DNA from: Clostridia bacterium
GTDB taxonomy: Bacteria; Bacillota; Clostridia; Christensenellales; Borkfalkiaceae
DNA: 43,345 bases
NCBI GenBank assembly: GCA_017478765.1
Contig: JAFVDA010000028.1
Span: forward strand, 1 to 43,345
Reading direction: 5' to 3'
Positions within the stretch are counted from its first letter, which is position 1. The number at the start of each line of letters is the position of its first letter. The notes under the pieces were generated by a model. The model did not search any database. It had not been told where the DNA came from and worked only from the letters and a program-made list of their open reading frames with translations. The position numbers were made by a program, and so were the translations under genes. This document shows, piece by piece, positions 34,661-43,345 of this stretch.

Positions 34661-35482
34661 ATGAGAAACGACGTAGCGTTCGGACAATATTATCCCGCAA
34701 ACTCCTTCGTCCATAAGTTGGATCCGCGGGTAAAAATACTGCTGCTTATAGCGTATATAGTCTTGATCTTCGTGATCAGGAACTTTTTGGGCTTCGCCGT
34801 TGCGATAGCCCTTTTGGCGCTTGCGGTAGCGTTTTCGGGCGTACCGGTTATGAAGGTCGTCAAATCCATTCGGGCGATACTGTTCATAATTATAATAACG
34901 TTTATCATCAATCTGCTTTTGCATAGAGAAGAAGGCGAAACCCCGTTTTTTGAATGGTGGATATTCGCCGTTACGCCGTCGTCGATAAGGTTTTCGCTGT
35001 TTATGGCGCTGCGCCTTATAAGCCTTGTCATGGGCAGTAGCGTTTTAACGCTGACGACCACGCCGGTAAGGCTTACCGACGGCATCGAAAGTCTTTTATA
35101 CCCGTTGAAACTGATAAAATTCCCCGTGCACGAGTTGGCGCTCGTAATGAGCATAGCCTTAAGGTTTATCCCAACGCTTATGGAAGAGACCGAAAGGATA
35201 ATTTCCGCGCAAAAAGCGCGTGGCGCCGACTTCGAGAGCGGCAACCTGTTTTCAAGAATAAAATCGCTCGTTCCCATACTTATTCCGCTTATCGTTTCGG
35301 CGTTCCGCCGTGCGGACGAACTGGGCGAAGCGATGGAATCGAGATGTTACACGGGCAGCAAAAACCGCACCAAATATAAAAAGCTTACGCTCGGTTATCG
35401 CGACGCCATAGCGACTCTCGTAGTCGCCGCGGCATTTGTGGGAGTGATAATGCTCAATATTTACGGGGTGAACGTTATATGA
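34661..35482 (+). CDS. ecfT: ECF transporter transmembrane component EcfT
   Basis: 273 aa and polytopic. Contains the conserved ARG motifs (AQKARGADF). It sits after the two EcfA genes. Confidence 0.88.
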   Translation: MRNDVAFGQYYPANSFVHKLDPRVKILLLIAYIVLIFVIRNFLGFAVAIALLALAVAFSGVPVMKVVKSIRAILFIIIITFIINLLLHREEGETPFFEWWIFAVTPSSIRFSLFMALRLISLVMGSSVLTLTTTPVRLTDGIESLLYPLKLIKFPVHELALVMSIALRFIPTLMEETERIISAQKARGADFESGNLFSRIKSLVPILIPLIVSAFRRADELGEAMESRCYTGSKNRTKYKKLTLGYRDAIATLVVAAAFVGVIMLNIYGVNVI

Positions 35483-36216
35483 AGATAAAACTCACTCTCT
35501 CTTACGACGGCACGGCTTACTGCGGTTGGCAACGTCAAAAAAACGGACTCTCCGTGCAGGAAGTCGTAGAGGACGCCGTCTACAAACTTACGGGCGAAAC
35601 GGTCACCGTCACGGGGAGCGGAAGGACGGACGCGGGCGTGCACGCCGCGGCGCAGGTCGTAAGTTTTTCGCTTGACTCGACCATTCCGCCCGAAAGATTG
35701 TATCTTGCTTTGAACGCCTATCTGCCCGACGACGTAAAGGCTACGGCGAGCGAGGCGGCGGACGAAAATTTTAACGCCCGCTATTCGGCGAAGAAAAAAA
35801 CTTATAGGTATTCCTTTTATTATTCCGACGTTGTTTTGCCGCTCAAAGACAGGTACGCCACGAGAACTTCATCTCAAGGTCTTGATTTTATCCGAATGAT
35901 CGCCTTTGCGGACGCGTTCGTCGGCGTTCACGATTTTTCGGCTTTTTCGGGCGTCGGATCGAGCGTAAAAACCTCGGTCAGAACCATATATTCAATAGAC
36001 ATAAGAGAGTTTGCGGAAGGCTTTACCATAGACGTTTGCGGCAACGGCTTTTTATACAATATGGTGAGGATCATCGCGGGAGCCGTCTACGCTGCGGGAA
36101 CGGGCGAAGTGGACGAGGGCGACGCTTTGACCGCTCTATCCACAGGCAAAAGACATAAACTGTTCAAAACTCTTCCCGCAAAAGGGCTGACGCTCGTCGG
36201 CGTGGAATACGAGTGA
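35479..36216 (+). CDS. truA: tRNA pseudouridine(38-40) synthase
   Basis: Contains YDGTAYCGWQRQ and GSGRTDAGVHA. Its start overlaps the ecfT stop. Confidence 0.92.
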   Translation: MKIKLTLSYDGTAYCGWQRQKNGLSVQEVVEDAVYKLTGETVTVTGSGRTDAGVHAAAQVVSFSLDSTIPPERLYLALNAYLPDDVKATASEAADENFNARYSAKKKTYRYSFYYSDVVLPLKDRYATRTSSQGLDFIRMIAFADAFVGVHDFSAFSGVGSSVKTSVRTIYSIDIREFAEGFTIDVCGNGFLYNMVRIIAGAVYAAGTGEVDEGDALTALSTGKRHKLFKTLPAKGLTLVGVEYE

Positions 36217-36244
36217 GCGTGAAAAATTGCGAGTCGATAAAATT

Positions 36245-36700
36245 ATGATAGTAAAAAGAGTTTTTGCCGTTCTGATTGCCGCCGCGACCGTCGCCTTGCT
36301 TTCCTGTTGTAACGCGAAAGTCGAGCAAGTCGTAGACGATCAAACGGATAGTGGAGTCGAAATGCTTTTGAAGATAGACGATACGGTCGTTGCCGTCGAG
36401 TGGGAGAACAACCGCTCGGTGGACGCGCTTTTTTCGCTTGCGGAAGGCGGCTTGACCGTTAAAATGGAAAAATACGGCGGATTCGAGCAAGTGGGCGATA
36501 TAGGCGTGACTTTGCCGTCCGACGACAGGCAAATGACGACGGAATGCGGCGATATAGTCTTGTATGCTTCAAGTCAACTCGTAATATTTTACGGTTCTAA
36601 TAGTTGGAGATACACAAAACTCGGCAAAATCAACGCAAGTCAATCAAAGATAATATCTATGCTAAGCGGAGGCGACGTGACGGTCACGATAGGCGTTTGA
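36245..36700 (+). CDS. Cyclophilin-like-fold protein, predicted lipoprotein
   Basis: Has the signal/lipobox ALLSCC. The pattern GDIVLYASSQLVIFYGSNSWRYTKLGKI resembles the Cyclophil_like2 family. The start is uncertain (TTG 36227 or ATG 36245). Confidence 0.55.
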   Translation: MIVKRVFAVLIAAATVALLSCCNAKVEQVVDDQTDSGVEMLLKIDDTVVAVEWENNRSVDALFSLAEGGLTVKMEKYGGFEQVGDIGVTLPSDDRQMTTECGDIVLYASSQLVIFYGSNSWRYTKLGKINASQSKIISMLSGGDVTVTIGV

Positions 36701-36814
36701 CCGTTAGTTTTATAAATCCGCTGAAAAAATTGCGGTTAAAGGTTGGTTTTGACAACAATATATTGTGGTCGGAACTATAAGGAGCGAAAAATTGCGAAAA
36801 ATGCAATCAAACGC

Positions 36815-36843
36815 TTGACTTAAATATAATAATTTTGTAAAAT
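36815..36843 (+). promoter_or_regulatory. Sigma-A type promoter of rplM-rpsI
   Basis: TTGACT, a 17-nt spacer, then TAAAAT. This implies a leader of about 95 nt that could correspond to an L13-type ribosomal leader (not verified). Confidence 0.55.
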
Positions 36844-36944
36844 ATTCGTGCTGTTTAAGTGGAAAATTGCATTATTTGAAATTAGCCCCTTTGAATAATT
36901 TGCTCGTTCTTCGCTTAAATTTCAAAAAATTTTGGAGTGAATCT

Positions 36945-37379
36945 ATGAAAACATATATGGCAAACGCGCAAACCGTTGAAAGAAAATGGTACGTAGTAGA
37001 CGCTGCGGGTATCCCGCTCGGCCGTTTGGCTTCGCAGGTCGCCGCCGTTTTGAGAGGTAAAAACAAACCTACCTTTACCCCTAACGTCGACTGCGGAGAT
37101 TACGTTATCGTTCTCAACTGTGACAAGGTCGCGTTGACCGGCAAGAAAGCCGAAAAGAAACTTTATACCTACCACACCGGATATATCGGTGGTTTGAAGC
37201 AAACCCCTTACGGCGAAATGCTCGCCAAAAAGAGCGACGTCGTAGTTATGGAAGCGGTCAAGGGTATGCTCCCCAAGAATTCTTTGGGTAAGGCTATGCT
37301 CAAAAAACTCCGCGTCTACAAGGGCGGCGAACATAAACAACAAGCTCAACAACCCGTTGAACTCAAGATTGTATATTAA
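36945..37379 (+). CDS. rplM: 50S ribosomal protein L13
   Basis: [20 protein letters not shown], with SD GGAGTG. The ORF is open from 36867, but an N-terminal extension is unlikely. Confidence 0.95.
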   Translation: MKTYMANAQTVERKWYVVDAAGIPLGRLASQVAAVLRGKNKPTFTPNVDCGDYVIVLNCDKVALTGKKAEKKLYTYHTGYIGGLKQTPYGEMLAKKSDVVVMEAVKGMLPKNSLGKAMLKKLRVYKGGEHKQQAQQPVELKIVY

Positions 37380-37390
37380 GGAGACAGATT

Positions 37391-37801
37391 ATGCCTAAAG
37401 CAGCGAAGAAGAAAGTTCAGTACTGGGGAACCGGTAGAAGAAAAAAAGCAGTCGCAAGAGTTCGCCTTATTCCTAACGGAACGGGCGCTATCATCATCAA
37501 CGGCAGATCTATCGACGATTATTGCCCTTCCGAAACGGTTAAGTTGGTCATTCGCCAACCTCTCGTTTTGACCGAAAAGGTTTCCGCTTACGACGTTTTC
37601 GTAAACGTTAAAGGCGGCGGTTATACCGGTCAGGCGGGCGCTATCCGTCACGGTATCGCAAGGGCGCTCATCGTAGCCGAACCCGAACTCCGTCCTACCG
37701 TAAAAAAAGCGGGCTATCTGACGAGAGATCCGAGAATGAAGGAAAGAAAGAAATACGGCTTGAAGAAGGCTCGTCGCGCTCCTCAATTCTCCAAGAGATA
37801 A
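37391..37801 (+). CDS. rpsI: 30S ribosomal protein S9
   Basis: Contains [19 protein letters not shown] and a C-terminal [12 protein letters not shown]. Confidence 0.95.
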   Translation: MPKAAKKKVQYWGTGRRKKAVARVRLIPNGTGAIIINGRSIDDYCPSETVKLVIRQPLVLTEKVSAYDVFVNVKGGGYTGQAGAIRHGIARALIVAEPELRPTVKKAGYLTRDPRMKERKKYGLKKARRAPQFSKR

Positions 37802-37826
37802 TCATCTCGATTTTTACACAAAAATC

Positions 37827-37869
37827 AAAGCCGAAAGAAAGGTTTTTCACTTACCTTTCTCTCGGCTTT
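37827..37869. terminator. Bidirectional terminator between rpsI and the convergent ferritin-like gene
   Basis: AAAGCCGAAAGAAAGGT / ACCTTTCTCTCGGCTTT stem with one mismatch, followed by TTTTT. Confidence 0.65.
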
Positions 37870-37889
37870 TTTTATGCGTTTATTTTCCT

Positions 37890-39176
37890 TCAACCGACTT
37901 GGTTGAGCGGGGTGAAGTCGGTGGATTTTGCCGCGCCCTTCTTGACGCCTACCGTAACGTTGTCCGAAGTGTTTTTGCGCATGCTTTCGATGGGGTGCGG
38001 AGCGCGCTCGTAGCGATAGTCTTTGCCCATATCGGCGATATAATCTTCTATCACCTTATGCCCCGACTCTTTAGATATAGGCGTATTGATGGCGTTGTTG
38101 AAGGTAAAGAACCTATGGTCGTTCGGCAGTTTGTCGACTAAGGAATAGTCGTCCATATCCCCCGTATACTGTACGGTTTCCGACAGTATCTTTCTGACGT
38201 AATCGACGTTTTCGTGCAGGGACAGCGGCTCGGGGAAGACGGGCGAAGTTATAACTTCGTCGTACTCCTTTTTGAGATATTTTTTGACAAGTTCTCTCAC
38301 CGCTTGCAGGTGCGAAACTTCCGTTTCAAAATTTTTCTCCCAGTACTTTTTAAGCCTTTCGTCCGTCTCCGTTTGGTAATTTGACCAGTAAACGTAGGCT
38401 TCGGCGTACTCGTGCCATAACGCCCTTTCCAAAAATTCGCCCGAAACGTCGATGAGCGCGCCGTACTGCGTGACGTGTTCTTCTTCGACGAAACTTATCT
38501 CTTCAAACAGTTTTCTGCCTCGGTCGTTCTTGTAAAACGCGGCAAGATTCATATAATAATTCATCGTTTGCTGTTCGGCGGCGGTGATTATCATGGTGTT
38601 CAAAATGGTTTGAGTGTTGTTTTCGTAATTTTTGATGGGGTTTTTAACGTTATCGTAAGGGTGGCGGTGGTGCGCAAAGGTAGGTCTTGCGGGCATTATC
38701 TCCGTGTATCCGCCGACCAGCCTTTCGGCGTGTACGCCGTCGTCCATATCCAGTAGGTCGGAATACCTGTAAAGGTGATCGAAGTCCTCCAAAAGCGCGA
38801 AGTCGAGCGCCTTTTTGACGGCAAAATTAGTTTCCTTTTGCGCCATTTCCGCCGTCAGGTCGACGGCTAACTGTTCGTAAGAAATGGTGGTTTCGAGCGC
38901 GCTTTCGTCTACGGGCTTAAAGTTTGCGTTGGTTTGCTGTTGCTGTTTCTCGACGTAGCGGATGGCGGCAAGATCGCGCCTTAGGTCGCTGTCGGCGATT
39001 TGCCTCGCGCTCTGGTGCGAAAACCAGGTCGCCTCGTATTCGGCTCCCGTGGCAAGGATTATCCTCGTTTTGGTGTAGGGGCTTACGGCATTCTTGTCGT
39101 AAGGGGTGGGGTAAACGTCCGTAAGACTTTGAAAGTAATCTTCGGGTTTTTTGGTTTTTAATTCAAATGGGTTCAT
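37890..39176 (-). CDS. Hypothetical protein with a ferritin-like/diiron four-helix signature
   Basis: 428 aa with SD AGGAGG. It shows spaced acidic/His motifs GAEYEATWF, LLEDFDHLY, AAEQQTMNYY and VEEEHVTQY. The family was not identified. Confidence 0.4.
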   Translation of the reverse strand: MNPFELKTKKPEDYFQSLTDVYPTPYDKNAVSPYTKTRIILATGAEYEATWFSHQSARQIADSDLRRDLAAIRYVEKQQQQTNANFKPVDESALETTISYEQLAVDLTAEMAQKETNFAVKKALDFALLEDFDHLYRYSDLLDMDDGVHAERLVGGYTEIMPARPTFAHHRHPYDNVKNPIKNYENNTQTILNTMIITAAEQQTMNYYMNLAAFYKNDRGRKLFEEISFVEEEHVTQYGALIDVSGEFLERALWHEYAEAYVYWSNYQTETDERLKKYWEKNFETEVSHLQAVRELVKKYLKKEYDEVITSPVFPEPLSLHENVDYVRKILSETVQYTGDMDDYSLVDKLPNDHRFFTFNNAINTPISKESGHKVIEDYIADMGKDYRYERAPHPIESMRKNTSDNVTVGVKKGAAKSTDFTPLNQVG

Positions 39177-39329
39177 AACGCCTCCTAAAAAATAATAAGA
39201 CGTTATAAGTTTTGCCGTTTGGCGTTAAGATTAAACGATAAACGCCGTTTTTTCAAAAAACACGTTACTACTTGTAATTTTTCGACTATTGTGTTATTAT
39301 TGACAGGTAAATACCGTACGGGGATAAAA

Positions 39330-39794
39330 ATGGACCATTTCAAAAGGCAAGATAAAAAGCCGAATATGACTTTACGAATAATAATGGCGGCAGTGGCGAT
39401 AGTCGCCGTCGCGATCGCCGTGCTTTACGCGTTCGGCGTATTCAACAAAAAAACCCAAACCGATAGGTATAGGGTATATTATCTGTTGAAAGAGTATTCG
39501 TTCGAACGGTCGATGGAAACAACCGAAGAGAACTTTACCTTGCTTGCTGAGCTTGACGGGGAAACCTTAAAGATAACCTGTATTTACGACCAAACAAACG
39601 ATAAAGTCGTGTCGGTCGAGCCGTTCGCGGTTTTACGCGAAGGTTACCTTGCCGAAGTTTCGCGCGGCGGTCAAACGCTTACGCTTATAAACGTAGAGTA
39701 TTCCGACGGAACGTCTATCGCAAGGTACGACGCCGGCAAAGCGCTCGGCGAGTTTACGATAAAAAATCTCGTTGTGACCGAAAAGATAAAATAA
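39330..39794 (+). CDS. Hypothetical N-terminally membrane-anchored protein
   Basis: Single TM IIMAAVAIVAVAIAVLYAFGVF followed by a soluble domain of about 120 aa. The start is ambiguous (39219 TTG, 39330 ATG or 39366 ATG). Confidence 0.5.
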   Translation: MDHFKRQDKKPNMTLRIIMAAVAIVAVAIAVLYAFGVFNKKTQTDRYRVYYLLKEYSFERSMETTEENFTLLAELDGETLKITCIYDQTNDKVVSVEPFAVLREGYLAEVSRGGQTLTLINVEYSDGTSIARYDAGKALGEFTIKNLVVTEKIK

Positions 39795-39846
39795 TGGACT
39801 GAAAACCGAAAATAAATAAGGATAATCAATAATTGTACCGACACAA

Positions 39847-39876
39847 ACACCGCCCGAATATTCGGGCGGTGTTTTG
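39847..39876 (+). terminator. Rho-independent terminator
   Basis: Perfect palindrome ACACCGCCCGAATATTCGGGCGGTGT, followed by TTTT. Confidence 0.75.
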
Positions 39877-39911
39877 CACTATCCAAGAAAAATCGCTCAT
39901 ATAATATATAT

Positions 39912-40811
39912 ATGAAAAAACAGTTGTTTGAAGGAGTCGCCACGGCGATAGTTACGCCTTTCAAAGATGGTAAAGTGGATATTGTCGCTTTTGAAAGACT
40001 CGTAGAAAGGCAAACGGAAGCGGGCGTTTCCGCAATAGTCGTCGGCGGAACCACGGGCGAAGGCTCAACGCTTTCGGAAGATGAAAAGATCCAACTTATG
40101 ACCGTTTGCAAAAGAGTTGTAAAAAACAAAAAGAAAGTGATTTTTTCCGTTTGCTCGAACGACACTCTTCACGCGGTCACTCTTGCAAAAATCGCCGTCG
40201 AAAAAGGCGCGGACGGCTTGCTCGTTCTCACTCCGTTTTATAATAAATGCGCGGATAACGGACTTATAGCCCACTTTTTCGCCATAGCCGACGCCGTCGA
40301 TAAGCCCATCGTCGTGTACAACGTGCCGAATAGAACGGGCGTAAACGTAAGCTATAAAACCTATAAAAAACTTTCCGAAAAGAAAAATATAGTAGCCGTC
40401 AAGGAAGCCGACGGCAACTTTTCAAAGTTGGTCAGATCGATCAAAGCAAGCGGGGATAAACTTTTCTTTTATTCGGGGAATGACGATACCTTTCCGCAAT
40501 TTATTGCGGCGGGCGGCAGGGGCGTTGTGTCCGTTTTGTCCAACGTATGCCCAAAAATCGTCAAAAGGATATGCGACCTTTCTATGCACGGCGAGTTTGA
40601 AAGGGCGAACGCCTATCAAAGAAAGGTCTTGCCGCTTATCGATCTATTATTTAGCGAGGTCAACCCCATTCCCGTCAAATACGCTCTATACAAGCTCGGA
40701 CTATGCGAAAACCTTTTAAGACTTCCGCTCACGCCGCTTGATAAAAAATTCCGCAAAAAGTTAGACAAAGAACTTGATTTTGTTTGCGGGCTCGAGGGAG
40801 GTCTACTATGA
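39912..40811 (+). CDS. dapA: 4-hydroxy-tetrahydrodipicolinate synthase
   Basis: 299 aa. Begins GVATAIVTPF and contains GTTGEGSTLS and VAVKEA (Schiff-base Lys context). Confidence 0.9.
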   Translation: MKKQLFEGVATAIVTPFKDGKVDIVAFERLVERQTEAGVSAIVVGGTTGEGSTLSEDEKIQLMTVCKRVVKNKKKVIFSVCSNDTLHAVTLAKIAVEKGADGLLVLTPFYNKCADNGLIAHFFAIADAVDKPIVVYNVPNRTGVNVSYKTYKKLSEKKNIVAVKEADGNFSKLVRSIKASGDKLFFYSGNDDTFPQFIAAGGRGVVSVLSNVCPKIVKRICDLSMHGEFERANAYQRKVLPLIDLLFSEVNPIPVKYALYKLGLCENLLRLPLTPLDKKFRKKLDKELDFVCGLEGGLL

Positions 40812-41515
40812 GAGTTATTTTGGTCGGCGCGGGCGGAAAAATGGGCAAAACCATTTCGGAGATGGAAAACGAAAACTTCAAAATAGTGGCGAAAATCGAC
40901 CTATACGGCGACTTTTTGCATTCGATCGGTGAATATAAAGGTCAAGCCGACGTCATTTTCGATTTTTCATCGAGTAAAGCTACCGACGACGTTTTGAGTT
41001 ACGCCGTCGACAAAAAGATACCTTTGGTTTTGGGCTCGACGGGGCAGACGAAAAAGGAAATAGCAAAAATAAAACGGGCGAGTAAAGTCGTGCCGATATT
41101 TTTCAGCGCGAATACGTCCGTCGGGATAGCGGCGCTCGGTGTCGTCGCAAAAAAAGTTATGGGCATTTTCGGCAAAAACAGCCAGGTGGAGATTTTGGAA
41201 GTCCACCATAAGGATAAAACCGACAGTCCGAGCGGCACGGCGCTCATGCTCGCAAAATATCTCGGAGCGAAAAAGCCGACGTATGCGAGAAGGGGCGCAA
41301 GAAAGCCCGACGAAATAGGCATAAGTTCGCTAAGATACGGCAACGTTTTCGGCAGACACGAGATAATCATATCGAACGGCGAACAAACGATAACACTCAC
41401 CCACGATTGTTCGTCAAGGAAGGTTTTTGCCGAAGGGGCTTTCAGAGCGGGCGAATTTATATTAAGCAAAAGATGCGGATTATACGACGTTTTTGATTTG
41501 ATAGATGAAACTTGA
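40808..41515 (+). CDS. dapB: 4-hydroxy-tetrahydrodipicolinate reductase
   Basis: Contains MRVILVGAGGKMGK and EVHHKDKTDSPSGTA. Its ATG overlaps the dapA stop. SD GAGGGAGG is present. Confidence 0.9.
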   Translation: MRVILVGAGGKMGKTISEMENENFKIVAKIDLYGDFLHSIGEYKGQADVIFDFSSSKATDDVLSYAVDKKIPLVLGSTGQTKKEIAKIKRASKVVPIFFSANTSVGIAALGVVAKKVMGIFGKNSQVEILEVHHKDKTDSPSGTALMLAKYLGAKKPTYARRGARKPDEIGISSLRYGNVFGRHEIIISNGEQTITLTHDCSSRKVFAEGAFRAGEFILSKRCGLYDVFDLIDET

Positions 41516-42350
41516 ATTTACCAAGATGCAGGCGTGCGGCAACGATTATATATACGTCAACTGCCTTAAAAATCGGCTGAAAAACCCGTCGCAAATTGCG
41601 AAAATTTTGTCAGTTAGGCGGTTTTCCGTAGGGGCAGACGGGCTGGTTTTAATACTCCCCGACCAAAAAGCCGACTTTAAGTTAGAGATGTACAACGCAG
41701 ACGGAAGTTTGGGCAAAACGTGCGGAAACGCTTTAAGGTGCGTGGCAAAATATTTGTTCGAGCGCGGCTATACGGACAAAACGCGGCTTAAAATAAGTTC
41801 TTCGGGCGTAATTTATCGAGCGGATATGCTCGTTTCGGGTAAAAAGGTCGTGACGAGCCGAGTTAATTTCGCCGTAGCTTCGTTTTCTCCCGACGATATT
41901 CCCGTTCTTGCGCGCGAGCCGATAATAAATAAATCGGTGGAGATAGACGGCAAAATGCTCCTGATCACGTGCGTTTCGGTCGGGAACCCTCACGCCGTTA
42001 TCTTTTGCGAACACCCGTTTGCCGTCGGAAACCTTAAAATGGGGGAAACGTTGGAGCGGGCGAGCATGTTTCCGCAAAGGACCAACGTTGAGTTCGTCAA
42101 GGTTATCGACAGGCAAAATCTTACCGCGCTCGTGTGGGAACGCGGTAGCGGCAGAACGCTTTCCTGCGGAAGCGGCGCGTGCGCGATAGGCGCCGTCGCC
42201 GTGAAACTCGGACTTGCCGACTTCGATACTCCGCTAAACGTTAAAATGGAAGGCGGAACGCTTACCGTGACGGTCGCTAAAGACTATTCCGTCCGACTTG
42301 ACGGCGACTGTAAAATCGTTTACGATGGGGTGGCGTATGTTGAGGACTAA
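41505..42350 (+). CDS. dapF: Diaminopimelate epimerase
   Basis: Contains MQACGNDY, VGNPHAV and CGSGACA (the two catalytic Cys contexts). Confidence 0.9.
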   Translation: MKLEFTKMQACGNDYIYVNCLKNRLKNPSQIAKILSVRRFSVGADGLVLILPDQKADFKLEMYNADGSLGKTCGNALRCVAKYLFERGYTDKTRLKISSSGVIYRADMLVSGKKVVTSRVNFAVASFSPDDIPVLAREPIINKSVEIDGKMLLITCVSVGNPHAVIFCEHPFAVGNLKMGETLERASMFPQRTNVEFVKVIDRQNLTALVWERGSGRTLSCGSGACAIGAVAVKLGLADFDTPLNVKMEGGTLTVTVAKDYSVRLDGDCKIVYDGVAYVED

Positions 42351-43345
42351 CAAAAACTTTGAGCGCCTATCGCAAAACTATCTCTTTCGCGAGGTATCCG
42401 AAAGGGTGGAAAATTTCAAAAGGCAAAGCGGTCAAACGGATATAATATCGCTCGGCATAGGCGACGTAAGCCTGCCGCTTCCGAAAACTATCGCCGAGGC
42501 GTTTGCAAAAACCGCAAACAAAATGGCAACGGAAAAGGGTTTTAAGGGCTATCCGCCGACCGCGGGCTACGATTTTTTACGCTTGGCGATTGCCGATAAA
42601 TATAATAAACTCGGCGCTTTCGTTCAAGCCGACGAAGTGTTCGTAAGCGACGGAGCAAAAAGCGATCTTACAAACCTACTCGATCTGTTTGACGAGCCTA
42701 CCGCGCTCGTCGTGTCGCCGTCCTATCCCGCGTACGTCGACGACAATATTTTGCACGGCAATAAAGTAAAGTTTTTGACCGTAACCGAAGAGGACGGGTT
42801 TTTGCCAAGGACTAAAAATGTCGCTCGGGCAAGTTACGTTATCTATCTTTGTTCGCCGAATAACCCTACCGGCGTGGCATGCTCGAAAAAAACGCTCAAA
42901 GAGTGGGTGAATTTTGCGCTTTCCACGGGCTCGGTTATAATCTACGACGGCGCTTACGAGGCGTTTATTCGCTCGGATAATCCGAAAAGCATATTCGAGA
43001 TAAGCGGAGCAAGGTATTGCGCGATAGAAGTCGGATCTTTCTCAAAGCGAGCGGGGTTTACGGGGGTCAGGTGCGGTTGGAGCGTGATACCAAAAGACCT
43101 TATGGTCGGGAAAAGGTCGCTCACAGAGTTGTTTTTAAGGCGGCAGTCGGCAAAATTCAACGGAGTTAGTTACCCGGTGCAAGTAGCGGCTTTTGCCGCG
43201 TTGACCGAAGAAGGCGTTAAAGCTTCGGAAAAAAACGTCGACTACTACCTGAATAACGCCCGCTTACTTTCCGACTTTTGCGATAATTGCGGCTTAAAAC
43301 GTTTCGGCGGGAAGGACGCCCCGTACCTTTTCGTAAAATGCCCCG
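42337..43345 (+). CDS. dapL: LL-diaminopimelate aminotransferase; the 3' end runs off the window
   Basis: My own translation gives MLRTNKNFERLSQNYLFREV ... SPNNPTG ... GSFSKRAGFTGVRCGW (PLP Lys). The frame is open to the window end, so it is absent from the ORF track. Its ATG overlaps the dapF stop region. Confidence 0.85.
   Translation, partial: MLRTNKNFERLSQNYLFREVSERVENFKRQSGQTDIISLGIGDVSLPLPKTIAEAFAKTANKMATEKGFKGYPPTAGYDFLRLAIADKYNKLGAFVQADEVFVSDGAKSDLTNLLDLFDEPTALVVSPSYPAYVDDNILHGNKVKFLTVTEEDGFLPRTKNVARASYVIYLCSPNNPTGVACSKKTLKEWVNFALSTGSVIIYDGAYEAFIRSDNPKSIFEISGARYCAIEVGSFSKRAGFTGVRCGWSVIPKDLMVGKRSLTELFLRRQSAKFNGVSYPVQVAAFAALTEEGVKASEKNVDYYLNNARLLSDFCDNCGLKRFGGKDAPYLFVKCP

Noticed and set aside
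34124-34924. 266-aa minus-strand ORF overlapping ecfA2/ecfT, and similar antisense ORFs across the ecf genes (33225-33539, 34690-35277)
   Set aside because: They are opposite well-supported ABC ATPase and EcfT genes. They have no SD or motifs.
1-43345. Search for tRNA, rRNA, CRISPR arrays, IS elements/transposases, integrases, prophage, toxin-antitoxin or known defence genes
   Set aside because: I recognised none. There is no TPsiC-like GGTTCGAATCC motif in the gaps, no regularly spaced repeat arrays, and no ORF with recombinase, transposase or nuclease-defence motifs. RadC and the SLOG protein occur here in housekeeping contexts.

Overview
This looks like an origin-proximal chromosomal segment of a moderate-GC Firmicutes/Clostridia-like genome. 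That is inferred from gene content only: yyaC, PFOR, an ECF transporter module, the DapL lysine route, Gram-positive lipoboxes and sigma-A type promoters. I support about 38 protein genes, almost all housekeeping. In order they are: two tandem GH16 beta-glucanase lipoprotein genes; a LytTR/GHKL two-component pair flanked by membrane proteins; SLOG(DUF1273)-rsmG; an AT-rich gap; dnaN-rpmH-rnpA-yidD-yidC-jag; nifS-nifU-rrf2; a 1085-aa BspA-type LRR lipoprotein; an M20 dipeptidase; radC; gltX; yyaC; cvpA; an 810-bp AT-rich gap; ftsH; parA-parB; PFOR; ecfA1-ecfA2-ecfT-truA; a cyclophilin-like lipoprotein; rplM-rpsI; a ferritin-like protein; and dapA-dapB-dapF-dapL. I found no rRNA, tRNA, CRISPR array, transposase/integrase or recognisable defence, toxin or phage genes, so there is no clear multi-gene novel system here. 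The features most worth follow-up are: (1) a conserved hairpin-forming leader module (52/57 nt identical core) downstream of strong promoters at two unrelated loci, the GH16 gene and the ecf operon; (2) two 15/16 parS matches plus two half-sites in the 810-bp gap upstream of ftsH; (3) an unusual origin architecture with dnaN lacking an adjacent dnaA, colinear with rpmH, and a strand switch at rsmG|dnaN; (4) a YidC with a roughly 340-aa insertion in an extracytoplasmic loop; (5) a cyclophilin-like gene inserted into the conserved truA-rplM junction and bracketed by a direct repeat. All homology calls come from motif recognition by eye. No database search was run.
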